A DNA stretch of 64,000 nucleotides. Origin: Terriglobia bacterium (GTDB lineage Bacteria; Acidobacteriota; Terriglobia; 2-12-FULL-54-10). The stretch lies in NCBI GenBank assembly GCA_963666975.2, contig CAXVYR010000003.1, forward strand, positions 128,001 through 192,000. Reading direction: 5' to 3'. Each line of letters starts with the position of its first letter. The first letter of the stretch is position 1. A program made the position numbers and the translations under genes. Below the pieces are notes generated by a model. The model did no database searches and was not told the origin of the DNA. It saw only the letters and a program-made list of their open reading frames with translations. Below are positions 20,689 through 30,759 of this stretch, piece by piece.

Positions 20689-21765
20689 ATGCCGCGACAA
20701 AAGGAAATTCGCTGGTCCCAATTGAAGGTAGGAATCTTGACCCTGGCGAGCCTGGTGGTGCTCGCGGCCGCCATTTTTTTGATTACTGGCCAGACGGGAT
20801 TCTTCGCGAGCACGATGTTAATTCGGACCTATCTACGGGATGCCGCCGGGTTAAAGAGCGGAGCTCCGGTCCGGCTGGCTGGTGTGGATGTGGGAAACGT
20901 CACCCAAATCAGCTTTACTGGCAGCCCCGATTTGTCCCAATCGATCGAGATCGTCATGGAGATCAACCAAAGGTACGAGGGCAACCTCCGCAGCGATTCG
21001 GATGCTTCCTTGGCGGCTGAAGGCCTGCTGGGACAGCGATATATCAACATTTCCCCGGGCAGACCCGAAAATCCCCCGGTGGGGCCGGACGGAATCATTC
21101 CGTTTCGCGAGACTCCCGAGTTCAGCGAGCTGGTGGGGGGCAGCCGAGATTTGCTGGATAACCTGAATGTGCTGATAGCCAAATTGAACGCAATTATCGA
21201 AACGGTCGAATCGGGAGAAGGGTCGATTGGAAAGCTGATCTACGATGACAGCTTCTATAACCGCCTGGACGCCATCGCAAGAGGTGGGGAGGGTCTTTTT
21301 TCCAGCGTTACGTCCGGCAAGGGAACCCTGGGACGCCTGCTCAGTTCCGAGGAGCTTTATGATAACGCCACTGCGGCTGTGGCCAAGCTGGAGGACGTGC
21401 TTGAGAAAATTGAAAGCGGCGAGGGCACTCTCGCGAAACTGATCCACGATCCATCGCTCTATCAGAATGCGGATCAGATGGTCTCGCGCGCTTCTTTGAT
21501 GATGGACAACGTCAACAAGGGAGAGGGCACCTTGGGCAAGCTGGCGAGGGAAGAGGAACTCTATCAGCGGCTGAACAGCGCCGTCGCGGGATTGGATGAG
21601 GTCCTTACCGGGTTGCGAAACGGCGAAGGGTCGGTTGGCCGCCTGCTACACGACCCTAGCCTCTACAGCAACTTGAATTCCACCAGCGAGGAGGTCCGGA
21701 CTCTGATAGCCGATTTCCGGCGCAACCCGAAAAAATTTCTTACCATCCAATTCAAGATTTTTTAA
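20689..21765 (+). CDS. mlaD: MlaD/MCE-domain protein
   Basis: GLKSGAPVRLAGVDVG, GLLGQRYINI, repeated GEGTLGKL helices. Confidence 0.9.
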   Translation: MPRQKEIRWSQLKVGILTLASLVVLAAAIFLITGQTGFFASTMLIRTYLRDAAGLKSGAPVRLAGVDVGNVTQISFTGSPDLSQSIEIVMEINQRYEGNLRSDSDASLAAEGLLGQRYINISPGRPENPPVGPDGIIPFRETPEFSELVGGSRDLLDNLNVLIAKLNAIIETVESGEGSIGKLIYDDSFYNRLDAIARGGEGLFSSVTSGKGTLGRLLSSEELYDNATAAVAKLEDVLEKIESGEGTLAKLIHDPSLYQNADQMVSRASLMMDNVNKGEGTLGKLAREEELYQRLNSAVAGLDEVLTGLRNGEGSVGRLLHDPSLYSNLNSTSEEVRTLIADFRRNPKKFLTIQFKIF

Positions 21766-21920
21766 CGATGGCAAGCTGGCGAGCCACAGACGCCTGACGA
21801 GGCGGCTCATCGATGGAACTGTTCGGGTAAGGAACTTATGATTGACAACTCGTCCGCTGTCCCTTTACGATGCTTTTATCACTGGAAAGGAGGTGTCCAA
21901 TTTGACAGAAGATTATAGAC

Positions 21921-22066
21921 CGAGTGAGGTGGCTGAGGCTTAGGCGCTCGGCTCTTGAGCTAACAGGGTGTTCCCGGAACGTGCGGGGAACCCAGCTCGT
22001 GTTGCGATGTCGCCACCTGCAGGTGTTGCTCTCATGAGTTGACCGCCTCAGGCAAATCTCAACAGC
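21921..22066 (+). ncRNA. candidate structured ncRNA (6S-like rod with branched apex)
   Basis: Long-range pairings CTGAGGC/GCCTCAG, TCGGCTCTTGAG/CTCATGAGTTGA, TAACA/TGTTG plus internal hairpins; intergenic; followed by terminator. Confidence 0.5.
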
Positions 22067-22071
22067 ATGCC

Positions 22072-22111
22072 GAAAACGGGGGGAGCCGGAATGGCTCCCC
22101 GTTTTCTTTTT
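22072..22111 (+). terminator. intrinsic terminator (probably bidirectional)
   Basis: GAAAACGGGGGAGCC-GGAAT-GGCTCCCCGTTTTC then TTTTT. Confidence 0.8.
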
Positions 22112-22161
22112 CAGGAACAAAAAAATTGCCCGGATTTGGATCGTTCCATGGGGTGAGAGAT

Positions 22162-22719
22162 TCATTCTGCGGCTGGAGCGGGCGGGGATTGCAAAACAAG
22201 AAACGCTTTTTCGATCACTCGCAGTGTCTCCGGGCGCAGGCCGTACTGAGGGATCTCCGGACGGCTTACCCAGCGCGTCTCGGTGACGTCGGTTGCGGCC
22301 TCCAGCCGCCCGCCTTCGGACCGGCAGAGAAAATCCACCAGGACATAATGAAAGCGAACCCGGCCCTGCTCGTCGCGTACGATCCGGTCCAACACTTCTA
22401 CGATTTCTTCCACCCGAACCGCCAGGCCGGTCTCTTCCAGGATTTCCCGGCGAACGGCTTCCTGCAATTTTTCGCCGGCCTGAACCGCTCCGCCGGGAAG
22501 GGACCATTCCCCCAGGTTGGGTTCTGTGCCGCGCCGCACCAATAGAACGTTGCTGTGATCCGGATTTTGATCCAGGATGATGGCTCCGACGCCGACAATG
22601 GGCCGTTCGGGATATTCACGGGTTGCCACTTCGCAATGCCTCCAGCTAGCCGCTGCATTCACCCTTGGCTGTTTCCGAGGCAGGGATTTTCTGCCGGCCG
22701 CTTCCGCTGAAGATTCCAT
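22162..22719 (-). CDS. NUDIX hydrolase
   Basis: Nudix box GGAVQAGEKLQEAVRREILEETGL. Confidence 0.92.
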   Translation of the reverse strand: MESSAEAAGRKSLPRKQPRVNAAASWRHCEVATREYPERPIVGVGAIILDQNPDHSNVLLVRRGTEPNLGEWSLPGGAVQAGEKLQEAVRREILEETGLAVRVEEIVEVLDRIVRDEQGRVRFHYVLVDFLCRSEGGRLEAATDVTETRWVSRPEIPQYGLRPETLRVIEKAFLVLQSPPAPAAE

Positions 22720-22953
22720 ACTATCAAAAGTTGCGCTCGGAATCGGGGCAGCAAAAGTAATATCGGCGTGCAGTGTCGGGGAAATGATCCTTGCGGCGAG
22801 TTGCCTGCATTGCCTCCTCCTGCCGCGGGCCGATATTTCTGCCTTGCCAAGGTGAGCCGGGATAATATAGTTTTTCCTGTAGAGGTTTAATCGTTGGGGT
22901 GGGTTGAACGCATATTTTCAGGGAACTCGTTCAGCCTGACAAAAGGAGGTTGT

Positions 22954-23166
22954 ATGCCGCACTGTCCAGAATGTGATGCTCTGGTGGATGTTGATCAAGA
23001 TGAAGTGGAAGAGGGTCAATTGCTAAGCTGCCCGGAGTGCGGAGTGGATTTGGAGATCGTCAGCACCAACCCGCTGCAGGTGGAGTTGGTGGAAGAAGAA
23101 GAGGAGTTGGATGAAGAGGAAGAGGATAGGGAGGAGGATGAGGATGAGGATGATGAGGAGGAATAG
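22954..23166 (+). CDS. LysW-like zinc-ribbon protein with polyacidic tail
   Basis: AGGAGG RBS; CPEC...CPECG; C-terminal D/E tract, no EDWGE. Confidence 0.7.
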   Translation: MPHCPECDALVDVDQDEVEEGQLLSCPECGVDLEIVSTNPLQVELVEEEEELDEEEEDREEDEDEDDEEE

Positions 23167-23674
23167 TCACCTTACATTCTTTTCGGCTTTCTATAGGCGT
23201 GCCGGGAAGTCACAGCAAGAGCCGCCGCCGGTTTCGTTGCGCACAAACCGCCCGTCCATTCCTGTTCTGACAGCACTTCTACCGATCCTATTTAGCCTGG
23301 GATTAGCTGCACAAACCGGCCAGGACTTTGCGGAGCAGGGAGCGCTGCGGGTTGCCCGGCTCCAGGCTCGTTCCCCAAAGGCCGAAAGAGAAGAGGACGG
23401 GAACGGGCAGAAAAGCGTATTGGGGCAAGTGGTCAACACGGAGGGGGAGAGCTTGGCCCGGGCCGTCGTTTACCTCAAGAACAAAAGGAGTGAGGAGGTA
23501 ACGACGCACATCAGCAATGACCGGGGTGACTTCCGCTTCCGGGGTCTGAACCCGAACGTGGACTACGAGGTGCATGCGGAATTCAACGGAGGATCAAGCC
23601 TCACACGCAGCGTCAGTTTGTTTGACAGCCGCCAGGAAATTTACCTCGTTCTGGAAATTGACACCTCAAAATAA
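23111..23674 (+). CDS. exported carboxypeptidase-regulatory-like domain protein (start uncertain)
   Basis: SVLGQVVN..AVVYLKN..GDFRFRGLNPNVDYEVHAE. Confidence 0.65.
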   Translation: MKRKRIGRRMRMRMMRRNSHLTFFSAFYRRAGKSQQEPPPVSLRTNRPSIPVLTALLPILFSLGLAAQTGQDFAEQGALRVARLQARSPKAEREEDGNGQKSVLGQVVNTEGESLARAVVYLKNKRSEEVTTHISNDRGDFRFRGLNPNVDYEVHAEFNGGSSLTRSVSLFDSRQEIYLVLEIDTSK

Positions 23675-23815
23675 GCCTCTGCCTATTGCTTGCAGAGCGC
23701 ACGGTTTTTTTCAAACCCGGCGAACCGCTCTCGCAGTTCTGCGCCTGCTGCAGCAGTTTCACTGCGGCCATGCTATACTGTCACTGTTCAATACAATGCA
23801 ATCCATCGAGTGCAT

Positions 23816-24565
23816 ATGAAATTCGGAGTGGTGGTCTTTCCGGGCAGCAACTGTGACCACGATGCCTTTTACGCTGTAGAGCGCGTCCTCGGAGAGCAGG
23901 CCGCCTTCCTGTGGCATGAGTCGGAAGAACTCAACGGCTGTGACGTCGTCATTCTTCCTGGCGGATTTTCCTACGGCGATTACCTGCGGACAGGGGCCAT
24001 AGCTCGTTTTGCGCCCATCATCGGCGCTGTGAAGAAGTTTGCCGGCCGGGGCGGTCTTGTGCTGGGCATCTGCAATGGTTTTCAGACTCTGATGGAAGCA
24101 GGTCTGCTGCCCGGCGCGATGCTCCGCAACCGCGGGCTGAAGTTTATTTGCCGCCCGGTTCACCTCCGGGTGGAGAATGCGGAAACGGTTTTCACCCATG
24201 CCTGCTCTCCCGGGCAGGTTTTGAACCTTCCCATCGCTCATATGGACGGGAATTACTACGCCGATCCAGCGACCCTGGAAGCTTTGGAAGCTGCCGGACA
24301 GGTGGTGTTTCGCTACTGCCAGCCGGACGGCGCGGTTTCCGATGACGCGAATCCCAACGGGTCCATTCACAACATTGCAGGAATCATCAACCGGGGCGGA
24401 AACGTTTTGGGAATGATGCCTCACCCGGAGCGGGCCAGCGAGCTTTTACTGGGCTCCGCCGATGGCTGTTTGCTTTTCCAGTCTTTGGTCCAATCCCTCC
24501 GTCGCGGGCTGGGAGCAGGACAGATCGCCTCCGGGCCGGCTATGGCGGCAACGCAACCCCGTTGA
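23816..24565 (+). CDS. purQ: FGAM synthase glutaminase subunit
   Basis: [33 protein letters not shown]. Confidence 0.97.
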   Translation: MKFGVVVFPGSNCDHDAFYAVERVLGEQAAFLWHESEELNGCDVVILPGGFSYGDYLRTGAIARFAPIIGAVKKFAGRGGLVLGICNGFQTLMEAGLLPGAMLRNRGLKFICRPVHLRVENAETVFTHACSPGQVLNLPIAHMDGNYYADPATLEALEAAGQVVFRYCQPDGAVSDDANPNGSIHNIAGIINRGGNVLGMMPHPERASELLLGSADGCLLFQSLVQSLRRGLGAGQIASGPAMAATQPR

Positions 24566-24583
24566 TGCTTCAGGATAGGTTCC

Positions 24584-26890
24584 TTGCCTGAAATCACTGC
24601 CCAACTCATCGAACAACATCAACTGACTCGGGAAGAGTACGAGAAGATTTTGGAGATCCTGGGCCGGGAACCCACGATGACCGAGCTGGGAATCTTCAGC
24701 GTGATGTGGAGCGAGCATTGCAGCTACAAGAGCTCGCGTCCGCACCTGAAACGATTTCCCACCCAAGGGCAGGGCGTTTTGCAAGGTCCGGGAGAAAACG
24801 CCGGGGTGGTGGAGATCGGCGATGACTGGGTCTGCGTTTTTAAGATCGAGTCTCATAATCACCCCAGTTTCGTTGAACCCTTTCAGGGCGCGGCCACTGG
24901 CGTGGGTGGAATCCTGCGGGACATCTTTACCATGGGAGCCCGGCCTGTCGCCGTAATGGATTCTCTCCGTTTTGGACCGGTGGCTGAGGCGCCGGAGTTT
25001 TCTCCCGATGGCACGGCAAGCATTCATTTGGACCAGAATCGCCGCATTCTGCGCGGGGTAGTCAGCGGCATCGCCCATTACGGGAATTGTTTCGGCGTGC
25101 CGACGGTGGGCGGCGAAGCTGTGTTTGAGCCTTGCTACCAGAACAATCCCCTGGTCAACGTCTTTGCGCTGGGGCTGGCTAGAAAGGATCAGATTTTCTA
25201 CGGACGCGCCAGCGGACCGGGAAACCCTGTCCTTTATGTGGGGGCCAAAACCGGCAGAGATGGCATTCACGGGGCCTCCTTGCTGGCGTCCGCCGAGTTT
25301 TCCGGAATCGACGGCCAGCAGAAACGTCCGAACGTGCAGGTCGGCGACCCATTTTTGGAAAAACTGCTGCTGGAAGCTTGCTTGGAGGTGATGCAGACCG
25401 GAGCCATCGTGGGAATTCAGGACATGGGTGCGGCCGGGCTGACCTGCTCCACCTGTGAAACGGGAAGCCGGGCTGGCACCGGCATGGAAATTGAGCTGGA
25501 CAAGGTTCCTCAACGCGAGTCCGGCATGTCGCCGTACGAGATTCTGCTCAGCGAATCTCAGGAGCGCATGTTGCTGGTGGCCCAGCGGGGGCGGGAGCAG
25601 GAAGTGGTTCAGGTGTTTCAGAAATGGGGCCTGGATGCGATTGAGATCGGCGCCGTGACGGAGCAGCCCACTTTGCGGGTGAAGCAACATGGAGAGGTTG
25701 TTGCCGAGATTCCCAACCGGCCGTTGACCGACGATGCACCCGTTTATCATCGCCCCTGGGCCGAACCGAAGCGCAGGGTTCCCATGGAGCCGCCTGTTCC
25801 GTTGGCTTCCCGGAATGGAGATGAACTCCGGGAAGATCTGATGAAGCTGTTGGGATCGCCTGCCACCGCTTCCAAGCGATGGATCACGGAGCAATACGAC
25901 AGTATGGTCCGCACCAATACGGTGATCGGACCGGGGGCCGATGCCGCTCTGATACGGGTCAAGGAGACCTCCCAGGGCTTGAGTATGTCTCTCGACGGCA
26001 ATGGCCGCTATTGTTTCCTGGACCCGAGGCGCGGCGCCCGCCTGGCAGTGGCCGAGAGCGCGCGCAACGTCAGCGTCACGGGAGCGCAACCGCTTGCGGC
26101 TACGAATTGTTTAAACTTCGGCAACCCGGAAAAGCCGGCGATCTTGTGGCAGTTTCGGGAGGTTGTGGAGGGAATAGCCGAAGCCTGCGAGGCCCTCTCC
26201 ATCCCCATCACAGGTGGCAACGTAAGCTTTTATAACGAGACGGAAGGCAAGCCCATCTACCCCACTCCGGTGCTGGGTGTGGTCGGCGTTCTGCAGGATG
26301 TGGAACGCCATGCCACCTTATCTTTTAAGAACTCCGGCCGGGAAATCTGGCTCCTCGGCAATGCACAAGGTGCCCAGGACAACAAAGCTGCCCATGACGA
26401 TTTCGCAACGGTTTTTGGCTCCTCCCTCTATGCCCAGATGATCTTGGGCGCTCTGTGGGGGCTGCCCCCGGCCGTGGACCTAGATTATGAGCGGCGGGTG
26501 CAAGCCTGTTGCCGCCGGTTGATCGCGGAAGGGTTGGTGGAATCGGCCCATGATGTCAGCGAGGGCGGCTTGGCAGTGGCGATGGCGGAGTGTTGCCTGT
26601 CGGGAAACATCGGCGCCACGGTAAACCTCCCGCCGGGCGGCAACCCTCTGGAATTGCTTTTCGCGGAGGACCCCTCCCGCATTGTGGTTTCCGTTCCGGT
26701 GAAATCGCTTGCGGAGGTCAGCCGGATTGCCTCAGAATATGATGTAAGCGCGGGAGCAATCGGGACGACCGGTGGATCGGCACTGAAAGTTTGCGAACAG
26801 GGAAAAGTTCTCTGGGAAGCTTCTCTTTCTCTCATGCGCCATCCTTTCGAGACGGCGCTCGAACAAGCCTTGGAGAAAGTCTCCGCTTAG
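24584..26890 (+). CDS. purL: FGAM synthase II
   Basis: [32 protein letters not shown]. Confidence 0.97.
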   Translation: MPEITAQLIEQHQLTREEYEKILEILGREPTMTELGIFSVMWSEHCSYKSSRPHLKRFPTQGQGVLQGPGENAGVVEIGDDWVCVFKIESHNHPSFVEPFQGAATGVGGILRDIFTMGARPVAVMDSLRFGPVAEAPEFSPDGTASIHLDQNRRILRGVVSGIAHYGNCFGVPTVGGEAVFEPCYQNNPLVNVFALGLARKDQIFYGRASGPGNPVLYVGAKTGRDGIHGASLLASAEFSGIDGQQKRPNVQVGDPFLEKLLLEACLEVMQTGAIVGIQDMGAAGLTCSTCETGSRAGTGMEIELDKVPQRESGMSPYEILLSESQERMLLVAQRGREQEVVQVFQKWGLDAIEIGAVTEQPTLRVKQHGEVVAEIPNRPLTDDAPVYHRPWAEPKRRVPMEPPVPLASRNGDELREDLMKLLGSPATASKRWITEQYDSMVRTNTVIGPGADAALIRVKETSQGLSMSLDGNGRYCFLDPRRGARLAVAESARNVSVTGAQPLAATNCLNFGNPEKPAILWQFREVVEGIAEACEALSIPITGGNVSFYNETEGKPIYPTPVLGVVGVLQDVERHATLSFKNSGREIWLLGNAQGAQDNKAAHDDFATVFGSSLYAQMILGALWGLPPAVDLDYERRVQACCRRLIAEGLVESAHDVSEGGLAVAMAECCLSGNIGATVNLPPGGNPLELLFAEDPSRIVVSVPVKSLAEVSRIASEYDVSAGAIGTTGGSALKVCEQGKVLWEASLSLMRHPFETALEQALEKVSA

Positions 26891-26956
26891 CCGCTGTGCC
26901 GTATCAGAAAACGCCGGCGGGAACGGACAGTTCCGATACAGGGAAGGATAGCATCA

Positions 26957-28390
26957 ATGGACGATAAATTTCACGACGAATGTGGAGTCTTCGCCATTTA
27001 CGGCCACCCGGAAGCCGCCAAGCTTGCCTACCTGGGTCTGTACGCCCAGCAGCATCGGGGACAGGAGAGCGCAGGGATCGTCTCCGGCAACGGCAGAAAG
27101 ATTTACCCCCATAAAGGCATGGGGCACGTCAGCGAGGTCTTTACAGAGGGCGTCCTGAAGAGGCTTCGCGGATGGCTGGCGATCGGTCATACGCGCTACT
27201 CCACTGCCGGTGATACGGTGCTGCTGAATGCGCAACCGCTTACGGTGGGCTGCAACAAAGGATTAATCTCGGTCGCCCACAACGGAAACCTCACCAACGC
27301 CCGGCAACTGCGCAAGCGTTTGGAAGAAACCGGCTCCATTTTTCAAACCACCAGCGATACCGAGGTCGTCGTCCATCTCCTGGCCCGTTCCGCCAAAAAG
27401 AATTTCCAGGAGGCTTTGGCGGAAGCCCTTTTGCAGGTGGAGGGAGCCTACTCGCTGGTGCTGTTGCACGGCGACCAACTTTACGTGGTTCGCGACCCTC
27501 ACGGTTTTCGCCCTTTGGCGATCGGTCTTCTGCCTCGTTCGGAGAGCCTTCCGTCCGGCGCGCATTCCGGCAAAGACGAGGCCTATGTTTTTGCCTCCGA
27601 GACGTGTGCTTTTGACCTGATCGGCGCACGCTACTGGGGAGAGGTGAATCCTGGCGAAATTGTGCGCGTGGACTCGGAAGGCATCCACACGGCTCGTTTT
27701 GCCGCCGAGGCCCCGCACGCGTTTTGCATTTTCGAGCACGTTTACTTTGCCCGGCCTGACAGCCAGGTCTTTGGGCGTTCTGTCCACCGTTCGCGAGAGG
27801 GCCTGGGAAGACGGCTGGCGCGGGAGGCTCCCGCCGATGTGGACCTCGTCGTTCCGGTTCCGGATTCCGGCGTGGCCGCTGCCATCGGCTATTCGGCTGA
27901 ATCCGGGCTGCCCTTCAAGTTTGCTCTCATCCGCAACCATTATGTGGGCCGGACGTTCATTGAGCCGGAGCAAAACATCCGCGACTTCGGAGTCAAGCTG
28001 AAACTGAACCCGGTGCGCAGCCTTTTGGAAGGGCAGCGGGTGGTTCTGGTGGACGATTCGATTGTGCGGGGCACCACCAGCCGCAAAATTGTCCGCATTG
28101 TGCGAGAAGGAGGGGCTCGCGAGGTGCACGTCCGCATCAGTTGCCCCCCAACGGTTGCGCCCTGTTTTTACGGGATTGACACCCCCACGCAGAAGGAGCT
28201 GATCGGCTGGAACCATTCGGTGGAAGATATCCGGCAATACCTCGGAGCCGACAGCCTGGCATACCTCTCTCTGGACGGGTTGCGCCAGGCGGTTGGTGAT
28301 TCCGAGGGTGAGTTTTGCACGGCTTGCTATACGGGCCATTACCCCACGAAGCTTGCAACGATCCCGGCGGAAATCAGCAGCCGCCGATGA
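26957..28390 (+). CDS. purF: amidophosphoribosyltransferase
   Basis: ECGVF, QHRGQESAG, VDDSIVRGTT, FCTACY. Confidence 0.97.
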   Translation: MDDKFHDECGVFAIYGHPEAAKLAYLGLYAQQHRGQESAGIVSGNGRKIYPHKGMGHVSEVFTEGVLKRLRGWLAIGHTRYSTAGDTVLLNAQPLTVGCNKGLISVAHNGNLTNARQLRKRLEETGSIFQTTSDTEVVVHLLARSAKKNFQEALAEALLQVEGAYSLVLLHGDQLYVVRDPHGFRPLAIGLLPRSESLPSGAHSGKDEAYVFASETCAFDLIGARYWGEVNPGEIVRVDSEGIHTARFAAEAPHAFCIFEHVYFARPDSQVFGRSVHRSREGLGRRLAREAPADVDLVVPVPDSGVAAAIGYSAESGLPFKFALIRNHYVGRTFIEPEQNIRDFGVKLKLNPVRSLLEGQRVVLVDDSIVRGTTSRKIVRIVREGGAREVHVRISCPPTVAPCFYGIDTPTQKELIGWNHSVEDIRQYLGADSLAYLSLDGLRQAVGDSEGEFCTACYTGHYPTKLATIPAEISSRR

Positions 28391-28467
28391 AGCAGCAATG
28401 ATGAATCAGCAATGGTGTAGCAGCCATGATGAAGCAGCGCCGATGAAGCAGCAATGAGGAAGCGACA
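28384..28467 (+). repeat. degenerate 14-bp tandem repeat x6
   Basis: ccGATGAAGCAGCA, atGATGAATCAGCA, atGGTGTAGCAGCC, atGATGAAGCAGCG, ccGATGAAGCAGCA, atGAGGAAGCGACA. Confidence 0.8.
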
Positions 28468-28600
28468 AGGATAACCCTTCCCGGCGCAGTCCTTCGCGCC
28501 CTGCAGAATGCTTCCGGGAATCGGCTGCGAGAAAGACTCCCATCTCGAAGCATGGAAATCCAAATGCAATTTACTGAGGGACCGGTGCAGAGGTAAAGCT

Positions 28601-29242
28601 ATGGAATCTTCTCATCCACCTCATCCACTCACCCAGCGCCTCGGGATTTTGCTGTCCGGGCGCGGCTCCAATTTTATCGCGATTGCCGACAACGTGGCAG
28701 CCGGCAAAATTCCCGCTGAAATCGCCGTGGTCCTCAGCAATCGTCCCGGCGCGCCCGGCCTGAAGGAGGCCGAGCGGCGCGGCCTGGACGCCCGCATGAT
28801 TCCTTCGCGCGGTTTGGAGCGGGAGCAATACGACCGCCAAGTGGTCGAGGTGCTGCGGGAGAAACAGGTGGATCTGGTTTGCCTGGCCGGCTTTATGCGC
28901 TTGCTCAGTCCCTACTTTGTCTCACAGTTTCCCAGCCGCATTCTCAATATACACCCCTCGCTGCTGCCTGCCTTTCCGGGTTTGGAGGCCCAGCGCCAGG
29001 CCTGGGAGCATGGCGTTCAGATTACGGGGTGTACGGTGCATTTTGTCGATGAGAACCTGGACGCGGGTCCCGTCGTTCTCCAGGCGGCTGTGCCTGTGCT
29101 CGAAGCCGATACGGTGGAAAGTCTTTCGGCCCGAATCCTGGAAGAGGAGCACCGCATCTACTCGGAAGCCATCTGCCGGGTGCTCTCCGGCTGTCTGCGC
29201 GTGGAGGGCCGCCGGGTGATCCGCGCTGGAGCTTCCGCCTAG
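28601..29242 (+). CDS. purN: phosphoribosylglycinamide formyltransferase
   Basis: LSGRGSN, LAGFMR, NIHPSLLP, GCTVHFV. Confidence 0.97.
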   Translation: MESSHPPHPLTQRLGILLSGRGSNFIAIADNVAAGKIPAEIAVVLSNRPGAPGLKEAERRGLDARMIPSRGLEREQYDRQVVEVLREKQVDLVCLAGFMRLLSPYFVSQFPSRILNIHPSLLPAFPGLEAQRQAWEHGVQITGCTVHFVDENLDAGPVVLQAAVPVLEADTVESLSARILEEEHRIYSEAICRVLSGCLRVEGRRVIRAGASA

Positions 29243-29368
29243 CTGGCAGCACCGTCCGAATCGGATGATGAACCCCGCAGAGGATCATCCCACGTCACAG
29301 CACCCCTTTTCCAAAACCCCTCTAATTTGGTAAGCTGGATTTACTGTATATATGGAGGAGAAGAAGGT

Positions 29369-30136
29369 ATGAGGACATGGTTCACTTGCAATCTCCGGCG
29401 GCTGTTACCGCTGGTTTTCTTGGTTGCCTTTGGTCTGCCGGGTCAGGCTCAGGACCAAGCTGCTCTGGAACGGCAACTAACCGAGCGCGTGGACCAGCTC
29501 TATCAATTGTTTGTTTCCGGTGACTGGCGAGCGGTGGAACCTTTCGTCGCTGAGGAGTCCCAAGACATCTGGCTGGCTCAAGCTAAGAGCACCATCGACG
29601 CGTTTGAGATCAAAGAGGTAAAAGTCGCACCTGACGGCGAACGGGCCGACGTGACCGTGATGGTCACCTACCGCATTCCGCAAGCCCCCGGCGCGCCCGT
29701 CCACCAGCCACAGAAGAGCGAATGGCTCTTTCAGAACGGCAAGTGGGTTATCAAGCTGAAGCCCCCGCCTTCCATGTTGGAAATATTCAAAATGAGCGGA
29801 GCCCCGTCAAACCCTCCTGTATTGAAGGCGCCGCTCACGTTTGACCAAAACCCTGTGAGAATTCCACATCCGGAAGCGGGCTCCGAAGCAGTGGTAAAAG
29901 TCCCATTTCGAAATGTGACGTCTAACGTGGTGATGATTCAAGATTTGAGCACTAACTGTTCTTGTCTCCAAGCTCAGGTGGATCAAACAGTGGTTCGCCC
30001 GGATGGAAAGGGTATCCTCACGCTGACCTATCACCCCTCCACGAACCCCGCTACAGAGAGCCCTCTCAGTGTTCAAGCCATCCTCGCTCCGTCGACGTAC
30101 TTTTTGGACCTGCCTGTAATATTCAGCAACGAATAG
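29369..30136 (+). CDS. exported protein with C-terminal Ig-like (DUF1573-like) domain
   Basis: Signal peptide (GQA-QD); FRNVT..STNCSC..VRPDGKG motif. Confidence 0.6.
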   Translation: MRTWFTCNLRRLLPLVFLVAFGLPGQAQDQAALERQLTERVDQLYQLFVSGDWRAVEPFVAEESQDIWLAQAKSTIDAFEIKEVKVAPDGERADVTVMVTYRIPQAPGAPVHQPQKSEWLFQNGKWVIKLKPPPSMLEIFKMSGAPSNPPVLKAPLTFDQNPVRIPHPEAGSEAVVKVPFRNVTSNVVMIQDLSTNCSCLQAQVDQTVVRPDGKGILTLTYHPSTNPATESPLSVQAILAPSTYFLDLPVIFSNE

Positions 30137-30139
30137 TCG

Positions 30140-30700
30140 GTAGGACAGGCATTCTTGCCTGTCTTCTAGACCAATTTCAGAGTTGTATAGAGTGTTTCAC
30201 AGCCCTGCAAGGGCGGCAGAATCTAGCCCAGGGCGTAAGCCCTGGGACAACAACGAGGACCGATATTACCCCAAGCCCCAGAGGGGCGAAAGACGCTCCG
30301 GCCTTCTTCTTTCGCCCCTTCCGGGGCTGATCCGGCGTGGCCTTTCCCACCCACGGCTGGCGCCGTGGGCTAAAGTCTTGCGCCCCTCTGGGGCTTCACG
30401 AGCGTTCTGGAAAGCTATACAGCAACTATGAATTTGCACTAGAGCGGTTCTCGGGATAGTGTAGACCAAGGTTCACCGGAAGCCGAGCCAATCCGAGCCG
30501 CGCGCGTAAGCAAGCGGTCACAAAGGCTGGTCGATTGAGTTATTTTGGAACCGCTCCCTCACGGTCGCGGCTCGGACACGGTAGATAGCAACTGGAGAAT
30601 TGCTCTAGGTAGCGATAGACGTCCACACCTGTCGTTTTGAGTACAGGCAGGGCAGGCATTCCCTTCGGCTTCGCTCAGGGCAAGCCTGCCTGTTCCTACT
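30140..30700. repeat. nested REP/MITE stack
   Basis: Outer REP GTAGGACAGGCATTCTTGCCTGTC...CCTGTTCCTAC; CTAG-ended elements 30166-30442 and 30439-30608 share one CTAG; GC-rich palindromes inside. Confidence 0.75.
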
Positions 30701-30704
30701 GCAC

Positions 30705-30735
30705 AAAAAAAAGGCGGCCCGCAATGGGCCGCCTT
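30705..30735 (-). terminator. intrinsic terminator of the S-layer-like gene
   Basis: AAGGCGGCCC-ATTGC-GGGCCGCC then T8 on the minus strand. Confidence 0.85.
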
Positions 30736-30759
30736 GAGGTAATAGCAAAACAAACAGGG

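Noticed and set aside
24446-28339. Long antisense ORFs opposite purL and purF (similar ones opposite mtrC, gsp and his genes)
   Set aside because: Expected codon-bias shadows of real genes on the other strand.
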